Assembly: GCA_964304625.1 (NCBI GenBank)
Contig: OZ199838.1
Coordinates: 12,130,524-12,194,523, forward strand
Reading direction: 5' to 3'
DNA from: Kudoa neothunni
Lineage: Eukaryota > Animalia > Cnidaria
Length of the DNA stretch: 64,000 bases
Of the stretch, positions 25,765 to 38,821 are shown piece by piece; the first letter of the stretch is position 1; each line of letters starts with the position of its first letter. A program made the position numbers and the translations under genes. The notes under the pieces are model-generated. The model was given only the letters and a program-made list of their open reading frames with translations, did not search any database and was not told the DNA's origin.

Positions 25765-27383
25765 TTTTATATACGATAATTTTAGTAAATCACATTTGGA
25801 ATACGTTTGTTACATCTTTCAAAAATTTACACGATTTTTATCTGCACACATCACGTATCAGGGCATTATTTTTGTTAATATTAATTATCATACTAAATTA
25901 TCTTATGAAGTGATTTATCCTGATTTATTGTTATAATGAAAACGTTTCGGCATTTCAAAAATATTTACGTAAAATAACTTATATAAACTATAATCTTTGT
26001 GAGCGGGACAAATTGTCCCACGGGAAGAGCTAAATGTAGTGCGCAATTGGTTGCGCGTCGGGTACCATCGATTCTAGCTAGAGTCTAGAGTGCTTCCATT
26101 TTTTGTATAAACTATTGATTGAAGAAAATAATAAATTCTCAAAAGACAAGAGAGTAATGTTTTGTTATTTTTCAACAATGCCAGCCATCATGTAAAATTG
26201 GAATATTCAAATATTGAGCTCATTTTTCTCCCCCAAAACACTCCGAGTGTTAGCCGACTCATGGACCAGAGCATAATATACTCGTTTAAATTCCACTATA
26301 AAACACATTTGATATAACGCCACGTTTCCTCTATCGAAACGTCGGTGGAACCTGTATCTTCTAATATTTGGGATGCACTTTTTTTATTGAATGTTCATGG
26401 GATTCGATGACTAAAACAACTAATGTTAATTGTTTTATTAAGGCAAAATTAATCTCAAGAATCTTTCTGTTTCTACTGATAATTGAGACAAAATGATGAT
26501 CACAATTTAGTATCCAAATTTTCTGTTGAGATAAATAAAATGAACAATGACGCAATAATATCGAACGTCGTGGGTATCTGAAATGACAGTGTTTCCGATG
26601 AACATGAAAATATCATAAAAGTTAATGATTATTCAGACAATGTTACCGAAATTGAAATCAGAAAGGAAATTAATTAGTTTAAAAATAAATAAATACAAAT
26701 ATACTATGAATATTGAAAACAGGATACATTAAAAAATTATTAAAAACACTAAAAATTCTAAATATTTTTGCAAAAAATAAATTTTAGTAATTATCAGCCA
26801 ATCCACTAAGTGTAATTTGAAATAACAAATCGTGCGCATCAACCATAAGATACGAACCACGTGCACCGTACGATTGGTGCGCAACTTTTTTGAGCTCCCA
26901 ATGGGATTACGAACGACCCATCGTCTACTGTATGTATCCAGGTGAATGTAGTTTTGATTGTAGTTAGTTATTTTAAAAAATAAATGTTATACATCAACCA
27001 TAAATCGGAATTGCTGAGATTAAAAATAGCATGCGCGCATGTGCTATTTGGATTAAAATGTCGGTTGCAAAAGCCACTGCCTTACATTAAAAAATAACGC
27101 AAGCGCAAACAACGAAAAAATAATGTTACCACACATTTTTAAACATTTGAGCAATTCCTCAAAGAATTATAAAAAAAATTAACGCCTATCGTTAAATGCG
27201 GGCATCATTATTCAAAGCGTGATGGAATAATCTATCTGTAGGTTAATTACGTAGAGAAAAAAATTGAGCAAAAATTATTAAATTAAGCACGCAACTATTT
27301 ACATAAAGAAATTGGGCTGTTTAACGCAAATAAAGCTAAGTTATGATGAACATGCGTTTATAGAATAATTAGGTTATTATAAT

Positions 27384-29251
27384 CTATTTGTTTTGATTTT
27401 GATGATTGTTATGGTCGGACCCCGCCGGAGGGAGTTGTTGGTTATTGTATGGTGATGGACTGGATTGGTGAGGCTGTGGCTGTTGCGCATATGGATAGGA
27501 ACCATAGGCGGCAGTGGCAGCGGCGGGGTTAGCACTATACATTTGATAATACTGCGCAGCATACGCATTATATTGCTGCTGTAGGTGGGGATTTGCAGCC
27601 ATAGCGGCAGCATTGTAGTAATTATAATACGATGGGTAAGACATATTAGGGTTGGCGCCGGAAACTCCGTACGACCCAGGAACACTTCCCATATAGGTTG
27701 GTTGAGGGGCTGGGGTAGTGGGTACATTTGCGGGTAGATTGGGGTTGTCCCTGGACCACCACACTTTCATCACACAGCCATCAACCGGTTGACCATTGCA
27801 TTTGACGATGGATGTAGCGGCGGCTTCATGTGAATCCATTCTTAAATACGAATAGATAATCGATGTCATGACACCTCAAGAGAGTTTTGAATGGTAATAA
27901 TTACTTTATAAATGCAAAGTGTTTGTCATGGAATATCTTGGTATCCAGAACCGCACCATAAGGTTCAAAGAAGGAAATCAAAAACTGTTCTAATCGAATT
28001 TTTCACCATAATTAAAACGGACTATCAATCTAGAACTAAAAATACCCTTCATAGATTCAGGTAGATTGCCAACATAGAGTGTGGTATTGGTTGGGCTGGA
28101 TTGTTGATAGACATCATTGTAGTTGAGTTGGGGGACCGACGTGGCTAAAATATTCGACAAGGATTAGGCGGGGTTGAATATGTCGAGAATGATGTACTGG
28201 CTTTGGAGCGTGTAGCCCAACTAACTTTAACACTTTTTGAGCTGATTGTTCCACCATGCATTTTCTGTATAGCTTCTTCAGCTTCCTACATAAGATTATA
28301 GATAGATTGATTGACAATGAGGACAATCAACCAAAAAATTACGTAAAGATGTCTATAAACAATAAATCCAAACCCTTTACTGAGACCAGTTTCGGGGTCA
28401 CGTACAACTCTAGAGCTCCTATAATCCGAGCATATACATCTAAAACACACAAATGCTAGCAAAAAACTTACAAAACATCACCAAATGGTCTAAATGCTTG
28501 TGCCAACATATTATCATCACACTCATGTGGAAGATCACCAACATAGATAGAGTGTGTTGCTATAAACAAGATATTTAATAAACGAGCCAACCACCTATAA
28601 TGATAATGTATATCGGATAGTCACTTCCGGAGATCTGAGGTTGTTTGAATTGGCCAGCACCACCACTAGCCCAACTGACCTTTAGCTTCTACATGAAAAT
28701 TTTAACTATCCATTCGAGCACGGGAGAAAGATTACTTTCCCCATAACTTCCCTCCCGTTCAGAATTGATAATGCAGAAGTGGCTGTATTAACATCGGCAA
28801 ACGTCATAAAACAATACAAATCAGGGCCATTATTCTTCAATTAAGTCACAATATAGAGATCAAGAACCATCAAGTGATCATACCGGATCAGGAAACAGTT
28901 TACATTGGAAAGCTTGTCCAGGAAAAAACTGTTGCAAAATAGTCAAAAGAACGGACTCATCTACAGCGGTATGTATATTGCCAATGTACCTAAATCATGA
29001 TATATATTTCTGTATTATGGCAATAGGAAATGATGTTTAGGAAAATTTTAAAAAATCCAACAAATTAGGTGAGCAGATCTAAATAAGAACAAACAACAAT
29101 CCATCAAAATAAATTATTGGGTCACCAACTGCAGGAACCCCATGTAAAGTCTATCAAAAGTAGTTGTAAATCAAATTTCGTACAATGTAGAGCCGGATTG
29201 TGGCACTTCAGCTGCTAGCGATGCAGAATAAATCGGCCCACCATATGCCAT
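27384..29251 (-). CDS. TIA1: TIA-1/TIAR-like triple-RRM RNA-binding protein with Q/Y/A/P-rich prion-like tail
   Basis: Spliced translation: TLYIGNI...YCFMTF (RRM1); HSIYVGDL...SRVVRDPETGLSKGFGFI...KVSWATR (RRM2); LNYNDVYQQSSPTNTTLYVGNL...FAFI..DSHEAAATSIV...KVWW (RRM3); low-complexity C-terminus. Confidence 0.9.
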
Positions 29252-29535
29252 ATTCTTACTAACGATATATGCCGAAAATTAATTCGGATTAATGCGTTAA
29301 AATTTTGTATGTATAGTAGTTGAATGTTTTGAATTGATACTTTTTGATGCATTTGACACTCCATGGAAATTTATTATTTTTTCCTAAATTTATTACCTTG
29401 GTTATAGACGAAGTAGCTGGTTTTGCTAGCGTGAACTATTATTTATTGTGAATCGCGCACAGATTTGGTTATTAAAGTTGTGGATGACTACGTGTTTCGG
29501 TGGACGATTGCTTTGATGATGTTGAAATCAATGAG

Positions 29536-32500
29536 ATGAGTCTGGTTGGCCATGACTTGGATGATTTCGATGAAATGAAAATCTCTGAGCGTCTTCGATA
29601 CTTATATGGGATGAGTAATTGATTTGAGCGTTTAAATTTAAATTTGATTTTCTATCGTTATCATCCCTCATAATGTGATTACACGTTCAAGTTAGGATTC
29701 AAATTTATTTCCCTAATTAAAAAAATAGATTATTGGATTAACACAGATTCAAAATTAAATTTAATCGTTATTTTGTTATCGCTCTATCCTTAAAATTACT
29801 CACACTAACTGTAGTCAATAAACATCTGATCTCATTCCAACATTGCATTACTGGATTATTTCCGCCATATTCGGAGAATGGTGAAAGTCGTACAACATTT
29901 ATTCGGGATAATGTTTATTGTGCATTATGTTTGTGGATGGCTTCGTTATCGTTTCAGTATGGATATTCAGATAGATTATACCGCAGAAAGTTATAAATTT
30001 GGTTCATTACAAATAGGAAAATCGACGATACTCAGGGTAGGACATACGAAATGAGACAAGCAGCTGTTAAGTGTATGCGACATATTCTACTGTCGTTAAT
30101 GAGCTATACTGATAATGTATTTAAAAAGAGTTAGTTAATCGATGAATTTGTGAACGAGTTTTTAGTTGAAAAATTTTCTCATAAGCCATGATTCGCACGA
30201 TTCCCTGCCCAGTGCACTCGATATGAAAGAGAGGATAGTTGACCCTCATTTGGATGTGAGTTTTTCCGCTCTCATATCAACTACATATTTTTCTACAAAA
30301 TAAAAATGTAGTTTCATTCAATATCGCTGTTTTTGTATGTATTGTGCAAGATGGCATCGTTTGGAGTCAAGGTAATGATGCCGAAAGCGCTTTGAACTCT
30401 TATCGCTTTTCTGTAGATTGTTCTAACCAAAGATGAAGTTGATTATGTGCAGCATTTGGTGTTTTATTTGGAACGCTCTTACCGAATTCCAGATCAGGGT
30501 ATATGGCGAAATGGAAATCGGTGCCAAAATTTCACCAGGGAAATTATGTCAAGGTGTGTTACATATGTGCGAATTTGTTGAAGATAGTTAATCATTTTAT
30601 TCAGCACTCTTGGAATGGTAAAGGCTGCGCTTGAAGCTGCCAGTTATTGCAACTTGTTTGCTAAAGTACACTAAGTTTTTTTATAATTAATTAATTTTGG
30701 TGGATCATCAAGAAAGACATTTCTTATATGTGCTATGTGGATGCTGATGCGCTGGTTAGAAACATTGAAATATTACATTCTTCGTTGCCTCGTGAATCAT
30801 TAACCAAGGTACGAGAATCTTTCAGATTTCTAATTCCAATTCGATTCCAATTCTAATGTTCTGTACATATAACGATGTTAAGATTTTTTTAACGACAAAT
30901 TTTGATTTCAAATCATTATAATTGGATGTCATAGGACGTAGACTCCTCGTTACTTTTCATCGCTGGGTTCCCTGCATTCTCAATAAATTCCGCTTACATG
31001 TGTTCAGATGTCACACATAATGTGGAAAAATATTTGATGGTTGGTCGATTGGTTTTTCAATATAATAATCGATCAATGTCATCTTTAGGGAAAATACGGA
31101 TTCAAGAGGTTTCGTTGTGATGTGTATGGGTCGGTTGGTCTCTCCAAATCCGGAGTTAATTTTGAAAACGATCAAATATTCGTATGTGAGCATTTTGGTT
31201 GTCGTTACTTTACAGCATTTTGTGAAGCATTATGACGGGAATGAAGCTGAGTGGCCTCTGTTTTTCGCATTAAGCTGCATTAATGGTATTTTTTGTCGAC
31301 TACACAAAAACACTCAATCAATTGTTAGCTATATTTGATGATGATATTCAACGACTTAATATATTCCATGAGAAACTTAAATCCACTGTTATTTTTGACT
31401 CAAAGAGTAATTTCGTGGTGTTGAAAAATTAAATTTTATCGATCACTAGATGGATTTCCTGTGCTTCCTCAATATTACTATCACAGTGGTAGACGTAACG
31501 ACACCGATGGCAACTCCACACCTCAAAATGACTATCGTCATTATCCTGAAGAAGGAATACATTTATGGAGCCAAGCCATCCTCATTATCTATCTACTCTT
31601 TCGTAATATTTTGTTTGATGATGGAATTAACGCATAAAATGAGTCTTTTTATTTTTTGGGGTTGTTTAGGGGTAAATTAGTCACTCCAAACGATTTTCTA
31701 CCCAAACGAAAAAATACATCGGCACTGATAGACGAGTTGAAACCGTTCGAGGCTTTGAACCGCTCCGTTGTAAATTTTTGTTCTTTTTTGACTGAATTTT
31801 TGATTTTTTAAAGTATTCTATTGGGTACAGATATAATAATGTGGTTCAAATGACACTTATTACTGAAACCAAAACGTATTCTTTGTAGGGGTCTGATTAT
31901 GATATTTTGATGAGGAGTTTAGTATGCAGCATAAACTTTCCACTTATGGGGTTGTAACCCAACACCTTTCCGAGATTAAACCTATTCTTTTATTTCCGCC
32001 CGATGAGATGGTTAACCTGTTTTCCAATCTTGGTGTTAATGAGAAACTTAACCTGAATGGACGTCCTACCAGACCTTTGGGTATTCTCACCACAAGCAAA
32101 GTATTGTCTTAGTTTTAATTTTAATTTTCATATTTACTATTTATCTATGATTAAGATCTACAGATTACATGGTAAGATTTTGGTATCTTATCCAATCGGT
32201 TTGGAGTTGACAGACTTTTACTTCAACAAAGACATCGATATGTTTATTGATAGATTGATGGTTGTTTAAGTGGCACAATCGACGATTTTACTATTTCTTG
32301 TTTTATTTTAGGAAAAGTTGGAATTTCTAAGGACCGAATGGCCATTCAATGGTAGACCCACTTTTGTGATGGTTGTCAGGCCAGAATTATTCATGTAATC
32401 ACATATTTTCTCTGTCTACATACATATACAATCAGAGGTGTAATATGGGCGGGGTGTACAATTTTCGATCCCTATCTTCTTAAGTTAGAAAAACAATAAG

Positions 32501-35500
32501 TTTATTATGTCAATTACCCTATCATCCGTAGTTTTAGTTCCCTAATACTAACACTTATCAGATGATTAAGTGAACATTCATACAATGGGACCGATCTTAT
32601 GTGAATCCCATGTGGGTACCGAAGAATTACAGTTTTGTGTGTGAATGCATCTTTACGAACCTTACGCCTTACTTTTCTTTGCTCCACATCCGATAACATT
32701 CTATAATACTATGAAATAATGAGAGTGGCTATTTGGAAGTACAAATTTAATCCCTTTAAGCTGTTTTGACTATAAATGATTATTTTTGACCCTTAAGAGC
32801 TTAGTGATAAGTCAGAAATAATTATGGCATATTTTAGAGAATAAAATTTCTTGGAGACTTTTGGTTAACAAAATTTATCCATCGTGCCGATTTTTGTTAC
32901 CTGATTTTCTATTAAAATGATATCTAAACAATATTTCATTATGCTGATAATCGTTCTTTAAAATTAAGCTTGGGACACTTTTATCGTTTGACCTTGCTTG
33001 TTGAGCTCTTCTTGAGCCACATTGTTTTCGCAACTCATCGAAACCTGAATTTTTTATCTTTTATTAATGAAGAAATTATAGAATAGTTTTTATATTCATT
33101 AAAGTGAATTTTTCTCTATATTTTAAGTAATATATATTTGATATAAAAATAGATTTAGTAGTTTACCGTCAATAATTTCCTAAATCTAAATATGTAATCA
33201 ATTTTGAGGTAATAGGAAGGTTACTATTATTATCCGCACCTTTATATTCAAAAATATAAACTGATTATATATTTTTGAAACGATTTCTTATTTTATTACA
33301 TTTAATCAGTTGAAAATAGGATTTATCCGATACTACTTTTTCCAGACTAATATGAGTGCATGGTTTTTAATGCTCGCCAATAGAGACACCATGTTGCCCG
33401 CTTTCCTCGGTTCGGGATTCTAATTCTGTATGAATTTGATCAATTATCGTCTAAACCAATGTTTCCCAACCTGGGGAGACACCCCATCGATGGGGCATGG
33501 AAAAATTTGGATAGGGCATAGAAGTTTTTGATCGTTAATGGACCCTCTGGTGAGTTGCGGAAAATCCTGAGTATTTATGTGGAATGAATAATGGTGAAAT
33601 AATTTGGCAGTGAGGAGGGATACTTTGAAATCAATGCCTCGATTTATGATCTCGTGTATTTTTGATGACCATTAATATGATAAATTATGTACATATATAT
33701 AACAATATTTAACTTGGTCTTTAACCCAATAAAATCGGAATGGTTTTGATCCCTATCTCGTCTCATTTATAATCATGATTCCCTTTTTTTGACTTATCCA
33801 AAAACAATATTGATTAATTTTTTATCTAGATTATTTATTTTGGTTTTATAAGACACGTATACATGGAGGTCTTGCTTAATGCGAGCAAGATTACAACGAG
33901 TTTCACTTGACGCTGTTTTTGAGGGAATGAAGAACCAAAAATGTTAATTTTTAATATTCTTCGATAAATTAAGATAAATATGGTCGAATACATCTTAATT
34001 TTAATGAGAAAATAAGTATGTAATAATCATTTTCAAATTTTAATTAAAATTACAAGCAGTTTAAATTAAAAAACTAATACTTTTGAAGAATGAGGGCTCG
34101 AAATCTTTATCAAGAAAAAGTGGGGTGTGGTCGAAGAAAGATTGGGAAACACTGGTCTAAACGATGCAGTAAAATATAATCTTAGTCAAAACATTTAAAT
34201 GAAATGCGAAATGAAGAAATATCAAATTTTTTGGCTAAAGATTTAAGTCACATAATTGTTGAACATTGTTTTTGGCTATAATAATGACATTGGATTTATT
34301 TGTCGAGGATATATTATTTTGCTGGATAAAATAATCTATATTGTTAATCACTTTGTACGTAATAATTTTTGTTATGTGAAGTGTCCAAGGATAGAAAAAT
34401 AAAAAATATTTCGGTTAAAAATTAATATTGAATTTATTAAATTATCATCTCGTTGATAAAAAACATTAAGTATGCAGTTTTCATAACGTCACTTTTGAAT
34501 GTAGGAGTATGAACAAGTTTTTGCTTGTTGCGAGTATTGGCTCAGTCTTACGATATCAGGGAAACACTAATTAAAACATTTCTTCGCTTAATATTCGTTG
34601 TATTGTATTCAAAATCGTTTCATTTTGTTTATTTTAATGTTGAATATTTTTAATGGCGTTTTTGGCAATGCCACAAAAATTTGTTGAGCATTAATTATTT
34701 AAGGTTGTTTTTATTTATAAAATTTACAATCTTGTGGTGTATGTATAAAACTTCTTTTAATTGTTGTTGCTTGCAGGTATTACTAGCATCAGAATATTAT
34801 TACTAATTCTTCTTTTTACATATCAACTCGAAAATTGTTCATCTCTTTATAGACGAAATGAATAAAAATTTTTCCATCTTTCAATTGTATTTTTAGGGGA
34901 AAGGGTTTTGCACCGATGATTAAGTTCTTGAGACAGTTGCATAGTGGAATTGTTGGTAATGTACGCATAAAAATTGATCGTTTACAGGTGATATTTTATT
35001 TGTTCTATTCAATAACCGTTTCCATTACAGACTCTTTTGCAAACAGCATACGTGGAAAGTCTGGGATTTCGAATCCCATTGGATAAAATTGAAAAGTTCT
35101 TTCGATATCTAGAAATAAATTGGGAAGCTATTCTCACGGGAATGTCAGATCCTTAACTATTTTTATTTCCGCACAAATGAGGATTATCTAATGTTCTATT
35201 CCTCATTTTTAATATTTAAAATTTTGAAATTTGATGATCCGGCTTGATATATCAAATCCCATGTGAATAGACAGCCATCTAATAATTATTCCAACGAATA
35301 CATTATTATTGTGTTACGTATAGGTTTGCGTTGAATGATAAATTCTTAAATGCCAAGCACACAATTTCCAGCAGAAGACTAAGTTATTCGTCGCCGGGAA
35401 TTGCCAAAAGAAAAGTTTCAAAAACTGATTCAATATTCGTTTCGTTTGTGGGTAATGAATACGAGAAAGCACGCATAGATTTGTCACTTGTGTCTTCAAC

Positions 35501-38500
35501 ATCGGGAATGGATCAAACTTTGGATATTCCTTCGTACGTGGAGTGTGAATGTCCATCTGTCAATTTATCTACTATCAAAGGCACCAATCCATCTGCTGAC
35601 ACCAGGGATATAATGTTAGATGAGTTGGTAGCCTATTGCCAAACATACATTACATGTTTTGAAGATTTCATGGAATTCTACAGTTCTTCCGATGGTGACA
35701 CTGCCACCCAGCTGCTTCTTCTACGTTATGCCGTTCACACCTATGGGATCGATAAAGAGATACCAATCGATCATAGCAATCGTAGCAAAGAATCTGATGT
35801 TGGTAATGATTCACTACCTTCGAGCAGCCATCACCACGACTCTTTTTGGACGTTTCACGATGAAATTATTCATTTTTACAAAAAGTCATGCATTAACTAT
35901 GATTGGAATGTGGTTCGTTACACAAACTCGCTGCTCTCTATATTTGCAGACAGTTTGTCACCGAATATGACCTTTTTGCTTGTTTCTGGGAAGCCGGTAT
36001 TTTATTCTCTCTGTAGATTGGTGTCAATTTCTCAGTTAGGTCTCTATTGGTATTTACGGCAAATCCGAGTTGCTCTACAGAGCACCTCCCAATCCAGGTG
36101 TAATAATCAACGACATCAAGGAAATTATTGGTCGTGATGCGCCCAGGGAAGCTTCTCTTCATCAAGAACTTATAACTCATTTGAGGTCCGAAATTTTGCT
36201 CAATCCGAAAGCGTTAAAGAGGTTGTACACTCTCCGAATTGGTCACATCATTCAGGCTATGAGATATGTCAGCCAATGGCAATCGGTAATTATAAATCTT
36301 CTTTCTCGCTATTTTAAACACATTTCTTAATAAACTTAAAATAACATTTTCTCAATGTTGTTATAATAAAACCACTTTGTGTTGTTGAACATTTAAATCT
36401 TTAAGCGAACCAAAACGTACCCCATGGAACAATGCTTTAACCTATTGCAAGTTTCAGTTAAGGAAAATTACAATTATTTAAATATTGTTGGGGTTAATGA
36501 GATAAAAAGTTTAAGAATATAGAATTAATCTTAACCAATTTAAATAACAATAATATGAATAAACCGTTTGTCCAAAAGTGATTACAATCTTAAAATTCAT
36601 AAAAACGTGTTCTCTATAAAATCGGGCTTCAATTGTATCATTTACAATTTAATTAATATTTCGATTCTCTTATTTTGGAATTATTTATGATTTCTTATCG
36701 TTCGAAAAACCTCGGCTTATTTAACTTGGAGTTTAAAAAATTGAAAATTAGTTGGCGCTAGTTGTTGACACAAATTTTTAATCATAAACCGCATTCGCGC
36801 GTGCGTGTTTGTCTATTTAAATACGACAACTCTTGTTTATAGTTGGTCTAGAACGTTTATTTTGTATGGTCTACTGCATTTAATTATTTCAATCCATATC
36901 TGTCGTTCAAACGGTCAAAAATCATTAGATATAGCTGAAACTATACCTACCTGGATATTATAATAGTGTCAGTAGTCACCTCCAAATTATTTAAGTTAAT
37001 TCAGACAAAATAACGATCCATTAAGTATGCGCTAATCCCAAACTGGGATTAGCGCACTAAGTTTGGGTGGTCTATCGGAAGGTTTTTAATCCTATAAAAT
37101 TAGTCCTCTGTAAATTCCTGTCTATAATAAACGCCTATTTAAAAACATAATTTTGAAACAATAATGTAAATATACATCTTTAATATATTTAGAGGTTCAT
37201 AATTATTTAGCTTAGTTGGGGGTTCGTGAACCGAAACATTTGGGGAAATTGTATTAAGTGTTGATTTAATTATTTTAATTTGTATTGTACATTCTAATTC
37301 TTACGAATTAGAAGCACCTCATTAACTTTGAACACGAAAATGTTTTTGTAAGAAGTCACTTAATCGATGTATATAACAAAATATAAATCCTTTTTTGTTC
37401 ATATATTAAATTGACGTAGAAATTTACACAATAAAAAAAAGTTTTCACATTCTATTTCTAATATCTCGTCACGGAGTATATGGATAATATAAATACTCTA
37501 TAACTACATCATTCTTACATTTTAAAAATTATTTTAAACTATATATGGAATTACTAATAATTGTTTAATCATTAATTCCACGTAAAAGAATAATATACAT
37601 AATTCATTTAACTATTTAAAATCATTAAATAAATTATTATATATATATATCAGAATCGTATTGTAATATAGAAAATTAATATCAATTTCCTATTAGGTAT
37701 TAAATATTAGACGCTGATATTTGTTTCATTTAGGATTGGAAAAAAGTTTCATTTTCGAGAAAAAGGTGGTGGCGAAATACAATCCCGTTATTTATGCTTT
37801 ATCACCACTTCAAATTAAAGAATTGGCTTCATTTGGTGCTAACTTTTACAGACGAATATTCTTTAGCTAAGCAATATGTCAACATCACGCCTTACCAAAT
37901 ACGAGTTATTCAAGGACTGTTGGGTTTTATACCTAAAGGGTTTTTTTTGGATTTCAACTTTATACTGTCTCGATGTAATATGGGTTTGACAATTGAAGGT
38001 CAAGAGATAAGCAAGGTAGGGTAGTTCTTTGACTTCATAATCAAATATTATATCGACTGTTTATGGAATAGAATCCAAATTGTTATTTGATGGACCAATG
38101 TGATTTTTCGTATGGAACACGAATTATCGAAAAATTCGACAAAATTAAACTGCCCGAAATTCGTCAAATATACATTGAAACAGTGAGTGTGGTATCGGAT
38201 GTTTTGAAACGAAACCCCGAGGTTGTATTTACCGGCTGTTTTGATATAACATCGGTGGTTGAGCAAGCTCAACTTTTATTCAACAAAGATATGCTTAGAC
38301 TGAACAGTAACACAGATGATAATTTCGATAATCAACTTGTTTCAACGTAATTGTCAAAACTGTTCATTTCCCTGAAACTCCAATTTTACATTCATTTAAC
38401 GTATTATTTTAGTGAGTTGAATTCGTTGGAAGCTCTACCGGTTAGTGGTAAGGTGTGTTCAAAGGCGTACATCATGAAAGCTTTTATTTCTAAAATTTTG

Positions 38501-38539
38501 GATGACGATAATTCCGTCCTAAAATTGGAATTCACTTAA
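29536..38539 (+). CDS. PHKB: phosphorylase kinase regulatory subunit beta, many short exons
   Basis: ERLRYLYGM|INKHLISFQHCITGLFP, RDNVYCA, AAVKCMRHIL, FYLERSYRIPDQGIW, LGMVKAALEA, LPRESLTK, GNEAEWPLFF, LNGRPTRPLGILTTSK, GNVRIKIDRLQ, LRIGHIIQAM. The motifs TGLFP, AxKCMR and ERxYRxPD are beta-type rather than alpha-type. The start codon is tentative. Confidence 0.88.
33457..34154. mobile_element. non-autonomous hAT element in PHKB intron
   Basis: TIR CAATGTTTCCCAA / TTGGGAAACACTG with a perfect 8-bp TSD GTCTAAAC (33449-33456 and 34155-34162). Confidence 0.92.
37028..37056. repeat. perfect 13-bp hairpin in PHKB intron
   Basis: TGCGCTAATCCCA-AAC-TGGGATTAGCGCA. Confidence 0.8.
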
Positions 38540-38821
38540 ATCCTTATTTATTGGATTTCTCCGTTTATACTTATTGATATAAGTGATGGTCATAAGCTGT
38601 TTTTTAAGCGCTACGTCCAGCTATTTTTTTCTACTGCTGGGTAATGTAATTTACACAGTGAATTAAGATTCATTATTGTTATAATGCAATCGTCCAAAAT
38701 TAAGCGCGCTATCCTGAGTCTCTCTAACAAATTGCCGAATTTCTCACCCAACGAATTACGCTAAAAAACATTAATATATCATCACTTAAAATTACAATAT
38801 CAACAATAAATCATGACTATA

